Source of the DNA: an uncultured bacterium
GTDB lineage: Bacteria; Verrucomicrobiota; Verrucomicrobiia; Verrucomicrobiales; DEV007
DNA: 64,000 nt
Assembly (NCBI GenBank): GCA_963977015.1
Contig: CAXBMO010000012.1
Location: 32,001-96,000, forward strand
Direction: 5' to 3'
Each line of letters starts with the position of its first letter. Position 1 is the stretch's first letter. Below, one piece after another: positions 39,412-49,206 of the stretch. A model generated the notes under the pieces. It was not told the DNA's origin and did not search any database. It was given only the letters and a program-made list of their open reading frames with translations. The translations under genes and the position numbers were made by a program.

Positions 39412-40341
39412 TCAATCCCTCAGATCAACGTCACGACAACGCGCTGCCAATGTCTCATAGATGCTTTCTACCTTGGTTACGGTCAGCTTCGGCGACTCAT
39501 CCGCGTTCACCGCTTGCTGAACGGCATCCGAGATCCCTTTGCCGCTCACGACTCTGGGTTGTCCCAACTTCTTTTCGACGACGTTCCAACCGGGGATGGC
39601 GACAACCTTCTTTACTGAAAGGTCAGCGTGGCACTCTTTCCGGAGAAAGGTTTGAACCCATTCTGCATTCTTCTGTACTTGCCAAAGCGTTTTGGTGTCG
39701 TTCTTAAACCGAGGCCAGGAGATGCGTTCTCCGTCGTAGAAGGCTTTGATCTCAATCCCTGGTTCGTATTCAGGTTTGCTCCGCATTTTCGTCTCGATCA
39801 CGGCAACGCCGGCTTCTCCAATCACAACATGATCGATGTTCGCTTTGAAACCTTCTCCTTCGATCGGTACATCGTGAAGAACATAGAATCCAGCTCGGAT
39901 GCATTTCCTTAGGTCTTCAGCGACGATGCACTCTCCAATCCAACCCAGAAGGAAGTTTACGCGGTCATCAAGGAGTTTCGCGACCTTTCGAATCACAACG
40001 AATGCGACGGCGAGACAGAGGGAAGCACCACTCGCGAGAAGGAACCAGGCATTGGATTCGGGAAACAGGTAAAGAATCGTCAGCGGTAAAATGGCGAGGA
40101 CAACCGTAATCATCGTGCCTCCCGCCGCTGTTTTGAGGATTGACTCCATGCACTTATCATAGTTTCGGCGAAGGGATTCACCGGGGCCGCGTAACGCCGT
40201 TTGCGTCTTGGGAGGTTGGAGGTTTTTGCCCTTTCTGCGTTTTTGGAAAAGAAAGAGAGGAACGAACAAATAAAGCCCGAAAAGGCTCAAAATGAATAAA
40301 GCCGTGATGATTGCTATATTTGGATCTGTGTTGCCTATCAT
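39412..40341 (-). CDS. Membrane-anchored NERD (nuclease-related) domain protein
   Basis: 3 TMs, then GWIGE..V...L...LHDV...NIDHVVIG..GV.VIETK. Confidence 0.85.
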   Translation of the reverse strand: MIGNTDPNIAIITALFILSLFGLYLFVPLFLFQKRRKGKNLQPPKTQTALRGPGESLRRNYDKCMESILKTAAGGTMITVVLAILPLTILYLFPESNAWFLLASGASLCLAVAFVVIRKVAKLLDDRVNFLLGWIGECIVAEDLRKCIRAGFYVLHDVPIEGEGFKANIDHVVIGEAGVAVIETKMRSKPEYEPGIEIKAFYDGERISWPRFKNDTKTLWQVQKNAEWVQTFLRKECHADLSVKKVVAIPGWNVVEKKLGQPRVVSGKGISDAVQQAVNADESPKLTVTKVESIYETLAARCRDVDLRD

Positions 40342-40783
40342 CTTATTATTGAATGAACCGCTACAACGAACGCGGATAATCCGTGTAGAATGGTCTTATG
40401 ACCGATTCATTTGTCTCATTCCCTTAGCAGATAGCACCGCAGTCCGGGGCTGAACTGAAGAGGTGGAGCTTGTAACAAACTCGCAACTCTGGTCGCTCAG
40501 GGGGGAGGAGGAGGTCTTTTTGAGGGAACGGGATAGGGGCTGGTATTGGATGAACAAGGGTTGGAGTTGATTGAAGGAGGCCTCAACCGTGCATTCATCT
40601 GCCTATGGGTCGTTAGGTTGCTGCGATTGCTTGCCAAGCCAAAAGGCATGTTCCCGCGTATTCCGTCAATGCGAAATCCTGACAAAGTTCTAGAAAGGAG
40701 AGGCCCAGGAAGGAAGGTAGTTTGGGGCAAGGTTCCCAAGTAGGCGTTTGATTCGTGTGTGAATAAACGTGGTGGGCAAAGTG

Positions 40784-40976
40784 GGGCTGAAAGTCCCAAA
40801 GTACAAAGCCCACGGCGTTCACGCCTGGGGAGGCGTCGACCGAGAAAATGCAGCCTGACAGGTCGCGAGCGAAAGAGAATTCATGAGATTGCTGGCGACC
40901 TTGCAGTCCGCGTTTGTTGATGCGATCCATACCCGGGCGTGAACGCCCGAGCTTTGCGCTGTAGGGCCTTCAGCCC
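40784..40976. repeat. REP/REPIN-like long imperfect inverted repeat
   Basis: Arms GGGCTGAAAGTCCC...GGCGTTCACGCCTGGG (40784-40829) and CCCGGGCGTGAACGCC...GGGCCTTCAGCCC (40932-40976), each internally palindromic. Confidence 0.75.
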
Positions 40977-41113
40977 ATTGGCGTTGCCACTATTTTCATT
41001 GGCACTCTTTTCTCCAAGGAGATTGCGTCAGCTGCAAAACCGCTCCGCTCCAGTTGGCTGATTCAACGAAGAATGCAGTTGTGAAGGTACCGAATCACCG
41101 CATATCTGGTGGC

Positions 41114-41875
41114 ATGAGATTAAACGGTAAAATCGCGATCGTCACCGGCGCCGGATCGGGAATCGGAAATGCGACGGTTCGGAAGTTTTTGGCGGAGGGA
41201 GCGGAGGTTTTGGCGACGGACGTCAATGAGACTGCCCTGGAGTCGCTGGTTCAGGAGTTCCACTCCATCGAGAAGCGGACTGGCGATGTGAGCAAGCCGG
41301 AAGAGGTTGAAGCGATCGTCTCGGCAGCCACGAAGAAATGGGGACGGTTGGATATCCTCGTGAATTCGGCCGGGATCACGGCCCGCAATGTGGGAGCGGA
41401 CGCGAGCCTGGCGGAACGCTGGGACAAGGTCATGGAGGTGAACGTGAAAGGTTCCATGCTCATGGCCCACGCGGCGGCTCCGGCGATGAGGGAAGCGGGC
41501 GGCGGCGCGATCGTCAACCTGAGTTCGGTGATGGGGTTCACCGGTTATCCGACGGCGCTGGCATTTTCCGACGGTTTCAATCCTTACCCGAGCAGCAAGG
41601 GTGCGGTCAGCCAACTGACCCGCGACATGGGCGTTCGCCTTGCGGGGGAGGGGATTCGTGTCAACGCGGTGGCACCTGGTTTTGTTCACACCTCGCTTAC
41701 GGCGAATGTTACCCAGAATCCGGAGATTCTGGAGACGCTCAACGGTCTTCACCCTGCCGGTCGTATGGGAACCGCGGAAGAAGTGGCCAACGTCATCGCG
41801 TTTCTGGCGTCGGATGAGGCTTCGTTCGTGAATGGCGCGGTCTGGTTGGTCGATGGCGGCTACTCGGCGCAGTAG
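41114..41875 (+). CDS. Short-chain dehydrogenase/reductase
   Basis: TGAGSGIG, VNSAG, NLSS, YPSSK (YxxxK), VDGG. Confidence 0.93.
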   Translation: MRLNGKIAIVTGAGSGIGNATVRKFLAEGAEVLATDVNETALESLVQEFHSIEKRTGDVSKPEEVEAIVSAATKKWGRLDILVNSAGITARNVGADASLAERWDKVMEVNVKGSMLMAHAAAPAMREAGGGAIVNLSSVMGFTGYPTALAFSDGFNPYPSSKGAVSQLTRDMGVRLAGEGIRVNAVAPGFVHTSLTANVTQNPEILETLNGLHPAGRMGTAEEVANVIAFLASDEASFVNGAVWLVDGGYSAQ

Positions 41876-42009
41876 GCGTCCCTCGGCCCGGTTCTGCGCG
41901 TTTGTGGAAACAAAGAATGGCCTGGCGACCGATGCGGAAAGTTGAGCTTCTCGCAAAAAAAGAAAAAAATCGCTTAACACATCTCTTTCTGGCTTCATTT
42001 CCCTGTTGA

Positions 42010-42585
42010 ATGCCGGAAGAGTGCTCCAAAACCCCTGTCCCCAATGCTCCGATCGATTTTGATCGCGGGGAGCGGTTTGCGCGGTTGTTGCTGGAAACCC
42101 AGCCCCGCCTATTCGGGTTTGTTCTCTCTTTGACCCATGATCGACAGGCGTCGATGGACGTGACCCAGGAAGTCGGGGTGCTGCTTTGGCGAAAGTTCGA
42201 CGAGTTTGAGCCGGGCACGGATTTTGGGGCGTGGGCGCTGACGATCGCGCGCTACAAGGTGATGGAATGGCGACGGGCTCAGTCGAAACTGCCCATCGTG
42301 CTGGAAGACGAAACGCTGGAGCTTCTCGCTGGGGAAGTGGAGGCGTTGAGCGTCAATCAGAATGACAGGCTCGCGGCGCTCGACGCGTGTCTTGAGCGGC
42401 TTCCCGCCAAACAGCGTCAGGTCATCGATGAACGTTATGCCGATAAAAGCACCGTGGTCCGGATTGCCGAGCGTTGGAATCGCTCGCGGGTTGCGATGCA
42501 TCAGCTCCTCAAAAAGGCTCATCAGGCGCTCCGGTATTGCATTCGCGAACAACTCAGAAAGGAAAATCATCATTCTCCATCATGA
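42010..42585 (+). CDS. ECF sigma factor (Rhodopirellula/Verrucomicrobium-type)
   Basis: DVTQEV..LLWRKF..FEPGTDF.AWA..IAR; AL..CL.RLP. Confidence 0.9.
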   Translation: MPEECSKTPVPNAPIDFDRGERFARLLLETQPRLFGFVLSLTHDRQASMDVTQEVGVLLWRKFDEFEPGTDFGAWALTIARYKVMEWRRAQSKLPIVLEDETLELLAGEVEALSVNQNDRLAALDACLERLPAKQRQVIDERYADKSTVVRIAERWNRSRVAMHQLLKKAHQALRYCIREQLRKENHHSPS

Positions 42586-44108
42586 AACCGGAACCTGAGT
42601 ATGAAGGCATCGATTTTGATTTGCCGGAGGACGATGCGGCGATCAACGAGCGGCTGAAATCCGATCCCGAGTTTCGTCAGGAATTTGCCGAGCACTGGTT
42701 GTTGGTGGCGGCGCTGGATGAAACGCTCGGGCAACAGGACGAGGCGCCGGAGCAAAAAGCGGCCACCGTTTCCAGAAAGCCGAACGCGTCCGGAAAGGCG
42801 GCGTTGCTGCTTCATTATGGCGGATGGATGGTGGCGGCGGTTGTGATTCTGGGAATCTTCTTTTTTGGGGCGGATCCGGCTGAGGATGTCGAACCGGGAA
42901 GCGAAGTGAAGTTTACCAGTTTGGCTCAGGCCAGTTTCTTTGGTGAACTGACGCCGCCGATTGGCTCGACGCCGGAGTTGCAGCGCGACTACTCGCTCAT
43001 GTCGGGCTCGGTGGAATTGTCCTTTCCGGATGGAGCGGCGACGATCGTGGAAGCGCCCGCGGTGTTTCGCGTGGAATCCGACGATCGATTGGCGCTCGAT
43101 GTCGGGCGTTGTTCGGTGCATGCCCCGCCGGGAGCGGAGGGATTTCGCGTGGACACGCCGAACAGCCGGGTGGTGGACCGGGGCACACGCTTTTTTGTCA
43201 ACGTTTCCGAGTCGAACGAGACGGAAGTGCAGGTCGTGGAAGGCGCGGCGGACATCTTTCCCGAAGACGAGACCGCCGGAATGGTGCACTTGAAGAATGG
43301 CTCCGCGCGGCGGGTCGGAAACAACGGGCTCGTTCCCATGGATTTTTCCGCGGACTCCTATCGCAAGCAGGTGCCGGACCGGATCGTTTCGTTTGAAGCC
43401 ACAAACGGCCCGGACGGTCGGGCGCGGGTTCTCAGCAGCGTGACCGTGCAACGGGATGGGCTCATCCGACAATACGACGCCCAGAATTTGATTCCGATTG
43501 AGTTGGTCTCGTTTAACCCGGGCCGCAATTTGTCTCAGCTCCATGTGTTTGGAGATGTTCCCCTGCCGGAACGCCGGGCTTCCCTGCTGGAGGATTTGTC
43601 CTTGAATGGAGGAATCATCAATCCGGGAGCGAGCGCGTCTCCGCTGCAATCGGATTTCGACTTTCGGGAAACTCCCGGTTTCGGGATTCGGTTTTTGCGA
43701 CCGGTTCGGAATGGGCCGGGACCGGACGTCGTCTTTTTCGAAGTTCAGAACCCGATGCATCCGCCGGAGGGCGATGCATTTCATGTGAGCCCCCTGGTGT
43801 GGGAGGACGGCCGGCGTAGCCTCACGATTCGCCATTATGATCTGATGATGACGTCCTCGGAAGCCCTACCCGTATCGAGCTATCATCTCTACCACTCCGA
43901 GGAGCCGATTCGTTCCGCGGCAGTTTTGGAAACCGCGAAATTTTCCGCGAAACGTTCCCCTCTGAATTCCAAGGCACTCGCGGTGGGGATTGATCTCTCC
44001 GATCTCGGTTATCGGGATGGGGAAACGGTGACGGGATTGTTTTTCCAAGACGCCGATGATGATCGCAACCATATCGATCCGATCGTTATCCGAGGATTGC
44101 CGGATTGA
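42582..44108 (+). CDS. FecR-domain anti-sigma factor with a C-terminal extracytoplasmic domain
   Basis: TM; GAATIVEAPA.F...GF.VDTP...VVDRGTRF.V...TEVQVVEG; ATGA overlap with the sigma gene. Confidence 0.85.
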   Translation: MKPEPEYEGIDFDLPEDDAAINERLKSDPEFRQEFAEHWLLVAALDETLGQQDEAPEQKAATVSRKPNASGKAALLLHYGGWMVAAVVILGIFFFGADPAEDVEPGSEVKFTSLAQASFFGELTPPIGSTPELQRDYSLMSGSVELSFPDGAATIVEAPAVFRVESDDRLALDVGRCSVHAPPGAEGFRVDTPNSRVVDRGTRFFVNVSESNETEVQVVEGAADIFPEDETAGMVHLKNGSARRVGNNGLVPMDFSADSYRKQVPDRIVSFEATNGPDGRARVLSSVTVQRDGLIRQYDAQNLIPIELVSFNPGRNLSQLHVFGDVPLPERRASLLEDLSLNGGIINPGASASPLQSDFDFRETPGFGIRFLRPVRNGPGPDVVFFEVQNPMHPPEGDAFHVSPLVWEDGRRSLTIRHYDLMMTSSEALPVSSYHLYHSEEPIRSAAVLETAKFSAKRSPLNSKALAVGIDLSDLGYRDGETVTGLFFQDADDDRNHIDPIVIRGLPD

Positions 44109-44127
44109 TCAAAAACCCTTTCAGACG

Positions 44128-47100
44128 ATGACCACGTTTTCTTATCTAGTAGCGACTTTTTCTATTCTCGGGTTGGTGCCTTTTGCCATGGCAGAGGAAT
44201 CTCCATCCGGTGAGGCGATGAAGTTTTTCGAATCGAAGATCCGGCCGCTTTTGGCGGAGGCATGTTACAGCTGCCACGGTGAAGAAAAGGCCAAAGGCAG
44301 CCTGCGGGTGGATCACATCGACGCGATCCTCAAAGGCGGAGACTCGGGACCTGCCCTGACCCCCGGCGAACCGGGAAATTCGCTGCTGATCGAAGCGGTT
44401 CTTCGAACTGATCCCGATTTCGTGATGCCTCCGAAGAAGGCGGACGCGCTTTCTGACGAGCAGGTCGCGGATCTGGAAAAATGGGTCGCGATGGGAGCGC
44501 CGTGGCCGAAGGAGGAGACGTTTGCCGATGCCGAGCGCGACGAACACGGCTTCACGGAGGAAGACCGTGCCTGGTGGGCGATTCAACCGGTCACCGAGCC
44601 AGCCGTTCCGTCCGAGGCCGGGAAGGATTGGGCGCGAAACGAGATCGATCATTTTGTCGATCGGAAGCTCAGAGAAAACGGGCTCTCTCCCGCGCCGGAA
44701 GCCTCGCCGCTTGAGCTGGTCCGACGCATCTATTTCGACCTTCATGGTTTGCCGCCGTTGCCGGAACAGGCGGATGCATTTGTGGCGGCCTATGAGAAGG
44801 ATCCGGAAGCCGCCATGGAGAACCTGATCGACGAGCTTCTCTCCAGCCCTCGCTATGGAGAACGCTGGGGGCAGTATTGGCTGGACGTCGTCCGATATGC
44901 GGAAAGCGACGGTTACAACCAGGATGCGTTTCGGCCGGGCGCGAAGGACTACCGCAACTATGTGATCGCCTCGTTCAACCAGGACAAGCCCTACTCGCAG
45001 TTTGTTCGCGAACAATTGGCTGGAGATCTCCTCGCGCCTGGTGATCCCGACGTGCTGATCGGCACCTCCTTTCTTCGGCAGGGGATTTACGAGTATAATC
45101 AGCACAATGTGCGGATGCATTGGGACATCATCCTGACGGACATGACCAATGTGACCGGCGAGGCATTCCTTGGGGTCAGCATCGGGTGTGCCCAGTGCCA
45201 CGACCACAAGTTCGACCCCATTCTGCAAAAGGATTTCTTCGCGTTGCAGTCCTTTCTCTCCACCACGTCCTGGCCATCGGACGTCCCTCTGGCGACGCCG
45301 GAAGAAATTGCGGAGTACGAGCGCAAGCTGAAAATCTGGGAGGACGCCACCGCGGAAATCCGGGCCGGGTTGGAAGAAATGAAGGCGGAACAGCTCGAAG
45401 CCAGACGCGTGAAAGAGGTGTCAATGTATCCGGAGGACATCCAGAAGATGGTTTACAAAGCGCCGGAGGATCGAGGCCCGTTCGAAGAGCAAATGGCGAT
45501 GCTGGTCGAACGCTTTTTCGACTATAACCGAACCCGAATTGACTATCAGAAGGCGTTTGAGAAGAAGCCGGAATTGTTGGAGAAATGGAAAAGCCTCAAT
45601 GCGCGATTGGCGGAGTTCAAGCATCTCAAGCCCGCGCCGCTTCCCAAAGGGTTTGTCGCGACGGATGTCAGCGCAACGCCGGTGACGCCGGTGATCAAGA
45701 AGCGGGACAAGGAAATTCCGGTTGAGCCTGCGTTCTTGACGTTGCTGGGGCATCCCGCTCCGGTGATTCAGCCGACGGAGAACAACACGGGACGTCGGCT
45801 CGCGCTGGCGGATTGGATCGCTTCGGAGGACAACCCGCTCTCCACCCGGGTGGTCACCAACCGGATCTGGCAGGGGCACTTCGGTGTCGGGCTGGTCGCG
45901 ACTCCGAACGATTTCGGCAATCTTGGCGAAGCGCCGAGCCATCCGGAATTGCTCGATTGGCTGACGAAACGGTTTTTGGAAAACGGTTGGAAGATGAAGG
46001 ACATGCACCGGCTGATCATGATGAGTTCCACCTACCGGATGTCGGCGAGGAAGGAGCCCGGTCCCATCGCAACACAGACGGATCCGTCGAACCGCCTGCT
46101 CTGGCGTTTTCCTCCCCGCAGACTCTCTTCCGAGGAAGTGCGCGACGCCATGCTCGTGGCTTCTGGGGAAATTCGTTTCCCGAAAAACGATCGCCCGGGC
46201 TCGGTTTCGGGAACCTCTGCCGATCGAAGTATCTACGTGAAGAAGTTGCGGAACAAACCCGACCCGTTGCTCGGCAGTTTTGACGCGCCCGCGGGGTTCC
46301 AATCCGCGCCCCGCCGATCTGAGACCACGACGCCAACCCAGTCGTTGCTGCTCATCAACAACTCGTGGCCCCTGGGGCGGGCCAAGGCGTTGGCGAAATC
46401 GCTGCCATTCGATGGGGAGTCGGAGCGGAGACAGGCCATTGCGGAAGCCTATCGGCGTGCCTTGTGCCGTCAGCCAAGTGAGTCGGAAATCGACAAGGCA
46501 CTGATCTTTATCGACTCTCTCGCCGCTACCCGGAGCAGCGTCAAACCGGTGCAAACGGATGAGGAAACGGGTCGTCGTCCCAACTCCGAAAAGTTTTCGG
46601 CGGTGCAGGGCGTGGACATCGGGACTCATGCGATTCGGCTTCAGCGATCGTCGCAATTCGAGCAGTTTGAATCTGCTGTGCCGCTGGAGAGAGACGACGA
46701 CGCCTTCACCATTGAAGCGGTGGCGCAACTCGATACGATTTACCCGAACGGAACCGTCAACACCCTCATACACCGATGGGACGAGAACCGCTCTTCCTCG
46801 GGATGGTTTCTCTGTGTCACGAGCACCGGGTCAAGCTACCAGCCTCGAAATATTCTCTTTGTCATGAATGGCGTCGATCAGGCGGGAGCGCCAAAATATG
46901 AAGTCGTAGCCGCAGATTTGCGGGTTCCCTTGGGAAAACCAGTCTACATCGCGGCGTCCGTCAGTGCCCAAGGCAATCAGCAAGGTGAAGTCACCTTTTA
47001 TCTGAAAGACTTGTCGGACCCAAAAGCGCCGATGCAGACCGCCACGGTCAAGCATTCGGTGGTCGGGAAGCTGAATGACTCCTCGTTTCCGGTCACGGTC

Positions 47101-47376
47101 GGAGGCCGGCGGAAAACCGGTCATCTCTGGGACGGACAAGTGTCGCGCCTGACGATTTCCAAAGGGTACCTTGCCGAGAATCAGCTCTTCCTTCACGAGC
47201 AGCCCGTCGCGCCGGAACGAATCGTCGATTGGAACTTCTCTGGTCGCATTGACGGAGGAATCCCCGTTCCGAATGCCAATTGGATTGGGCGCGAAGTCGT
47301 CAACCCGCGGCTCGATTCGATTACCGACTTTTGCCACCTGCTTTTCAATTCCAACGAGTTTCTCTACCTTTATTGA
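44128..47376 (+). CDS. Planctomycete cytochrome c / DUF1549 (PSCyt2) / DUF1553 (PSD1) protein with a LamG-like insert
   Basis: FFESKIRPLL..CYSCHG, YGERWG.YWLD..RYAES.G, CAQCHDHKFDPI, NPLSTRV..NRIW..HFG.GLV, PSHPELLDWL, NSNEFLY. Confidence 0.93.
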   Translation: MTTFSYLVATFSILGLVPFAMAEESPSGEAMKFFESKIRPLLAEACYSCHGEEKAKGSLRVDHIDAILKGGDSGPALTPGEPGNSLLIEAVLRTDPDFVMPPKKADALSDEQVADLEKWVAMGAPWPKEETFADAERDEHGFTEEDRAWWAIQPVTEPAVPSEAGKDWARNEIDHFVDRKLRENGLSPAPEASPLELVRRIYFDLHGLPPLPEQADAFVAAYEKDPEAAMENLIDELLSSPRYGERWGQYWLDVVRYAESDGYNQDAFRPGAKDYRNYVIASFNQDKPYSQFVREQLAGDLLAPGDPDVLIGTSFLRQGIYEYNQHNVRMHWDIILTDMTNVTGEAFLGVSIGCAQCHDHKFDPILQKDFFALQSFLSTTSWPSDVPLATPEEIAEYERKLKIWEDATAEIRAGLEEMKAEQLEARRVKEVSMYPEDIQKMVYKAPEDRGPFEEQMAMLVERFFDYNRTRIDYQKAFEKKPELLEKWKSLNARLAEFKHLKPAPLPKGFVATDVSATPVTPVIKKRDKEIPVEPAFLTLLGHPAPVIQPTENNTGRRLALADWIASEDNPLSTRVVTNRIWQGHFGVGLVATPNDFGNLGEAPSHPELLDWLTKRFLENGWKMKDMHRLIMMSSTYRMSARKEPGPIATQTDPSNRLLWRFPPRRLSSEEVRDAMLVASGEIRFPKNDRPGSVSGTSADRSIYVKKLRNKPDPLLGSFDAPAGFQSAPRRSETTTPTQSLLLINNSWPLGRAKALAKSLPFDGESERRQAIAEAYRRALCRQPSESEIDKALIFIDSLAATRSSVKPVQTDEETGRRPNSEKFSAVQGVDIGTHAIRLQRSSQFEQFESAVPLERDDDAFTIEAVAQLDTIYPNGTVNTLIHRWDENRSSSGWFLCVTSTGSSYQPRNILFVMNGVDQAGAPKYEVVAADLRVPLGKPVYIAASVSAQGNQQGEVTFYLKDLSDPKAPMQTATVKHSVVGKLNDSSFPVTVGGRRKTGHLWDGQVSRLTISKGYLAENQLFLHEQPVAPERIVDWNFSGRIDGGIPVPNANWIGREVVNPRLDSITDFCHLLFNSNEFLYLY

Positions 47377-47383
47377 GATCGAT

Positions 47384-48793
47384 ATGAATCCTTCACGCCG
47401 AAAATTTCTCTCCACCGCCGGTGCCGGCTTCGGAACCGTGGCGCTGTCTGCGTTGATGGGCGAAAATCTCATCGCCGGTTCCACGGCCGATACCAGCGCT
47501 TCGCGGAAAATCCCCCACCACTTCGGCAAGGCGAAGAGTGTGATCTTCCTGTTCATGGAGGGAGGGCCGAGCCATCTCGATTTGTTCGATCCCAAACCGC
47601 TCCTGCGGAAGTTGGCGGGCCAGAAGCTTCCCGACAGCTTTGAAACTCCGGTTACCGCGGCGGGTGAAGTGTATTCCCCGCTCCTGTCCGACAAACGCAA
47701 ATGGGCGCAGCACGGAGAAAGCGGGCTCTGGATTTCCGATTGGTTACCCAACCATTCGCGCATCGCCGACGAACTCTGTATGATCCGCTCCTGCGTCACG
47801 GACGGGATCAATCACGCGGGCGGAGTCTGTCAGATGAATACCGGCGCCGTCTTTGCAGGGCGTCCTTCCCTGGGTTCCTGGGTGTCTTACGGACTTGGCT
47901 CGGAGAGCCGGAACCTCCCTGACTTTGTCGTCCTCAAAGACAGCAACTCCATGGTCGTGAATGGCGTCAACGCCTGGGGCTCGGGATTTATTCCTTCGAC
48001 CCACCAGGGCGTCCTCCTGGAATCAAACGACCCGCCCATTTCGAACCTCAACAATCCGGCCAGCGTTCCCGGGGACGTTCAAAAGCAGAAGCTGGCGTTT
48101 CTGAACGAGATGAATCGGAGCCACCAGGCAAGCCGTTCCTCCCACAGCGATCTGGAGGCCCGAATCAAGAGCTACGAACTCGCCTTCCGGATGCAGGCCA
48201 ACGCCCCGGAAGCGATCGACATCGACAACGAATCCGAGGCCACCAAATCGCTCTATGGAATGGACCATGACGAAACAAGAACCTACGGTCGTCAATGTTT
48301 GCTTGCGAGGCGGCTCGTGGAGCGGGGCGTGCGCTTCATCCAGCTCTACCACGGGGCCGGCAGCAAGTGGGATGCTCACAGCGGCATCGAGGGGAATCAC
48401 TCCAAACTCTGTCGCAGCATGGATCAACCGGTTGTCGGCTTGATTACCGATTTGAAACGGCGCGGACTCCTCGACGAAACGCTCGTGATTTGGGGAGGGG
48501 AATTTGGGCGGACTCCGATGAGCGAAAAAGGAAGTGGGCGAGACCACAATTCGACCGGATTCACCATGTGGATGGCCGGTGGCGGCGTCAAAGGCGGCCA
48601 GACCATCGGGGCCACCGATGAACTGGGTCTATACGCGACCGAGGACAAGCTTCACGTTCACGATCTCCACGCCACAGTCATGGCGTTGATGGGCTTGGAT
48701 CACACGAAAGTGATCTATCCCCACAAAGGCCGCCCTGAGCGAATCGACCTGAATGAAGGGCATGTTCACAGTGGTATTGTGAGTGGCGTTTAG
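47384..48793 (+). CDS. DUF1501 family protein
   Basis: Tat-like SRRKFL; FM.GGPSHLDLFDPKP; LLARRLVERGVRF; GEFGRTP; GRDH. Confidence 0.93.
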   Translation: MNPSRRKFLSTAGAGFGTVALSALMGENLIAGSTADTSASRKIPHHFGKAKSVIFLFMEGGPSHLDLFDPKPLLRKLAGQKLPDSFETPVTAAGEVYSPLLSDKRKWAQHGESGLWISDWLPNHSRIADELCMIRSCVTDGINHAGGVCQMNTGAVFAGRPSLGSWVSYGLGSESRNLPDFVVLKDSNSMVVNGVNAWGSGFIPSTHQGVLLESNDPPISNLNNPASVPGDVQKQKLAFLNEMNRSHQASRSSHSDLEARIKSYELAFRMQANAPEAIDIDNESEATKSLYGMDHDETRTYGRQCLLARRLVERGVRFIQLYHGAGSKWDAHSGIEGNHSKLCRSMDQPVVGLITDLKRRGLLDETLVIWGGEFGRTPMSEKGSGRDHNSTGFTMWMAGGGVKGGQTIGATDELGLYATEDKLHVHDLHATVMALMGLDHTKVIYPHKGRPERIDLNEGHVHSGIVSGV

Positions 48794-49206
48794 GCCGTTA
48801 CCGAGAGGTTCGGGTCATTTTTCTCTTTCGCCGAAGTCGGCGTTTGCTTGGGAGAATTTCACGCGATTCCAAGCGCATTCATCTTGCGAACCTGACGCGC
48901 CACAACTGACGCGCGTTCAGCATGTTGGCGCCGTTGAGCGGCGTCACGCGGAAGGGGTGCGATCCCTGCGCTGGGACGGGGAGTAGTTGCGATTCTGCAA
49001 AACCTCCCGGATTTGAAAGTCAGATTCATGGAACAGGTTGGCCATGGGTTTACGAACGAGGCTGGAGTGCGTGCGGTTGCTCATTGGAGAGAATTAGAGC
49101 ATGGATGAACCGCTTATATAATTAAGGTTAATTAAATATATTGCTAGATACTATGTTAAGCTGGGCTAATTTGAGTGTTTATAGTTGTAAATATTAATAG
49201 AGTCAT

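Noticed and set aside
40497-40930. IS200/RAYT transposase next to the palindrome
   Set aside because: The short ORFs lack HUH and catalytic Tyr motifs and look non-coding
33832-41100. Intact prophage/ICE with attL/attR
   Set aside because: No integrase, structural or conjugation genes, and no repeat of the tRNA 3' end found
48890-49050. Cobalamin or c-di-GMP riboswitch upstream of the giant gene
   Set aside because: Only fragmentary resemblance (GGTGCGATCC, GCAAAACC); core conserved elements are missing. A cmscan would settle it
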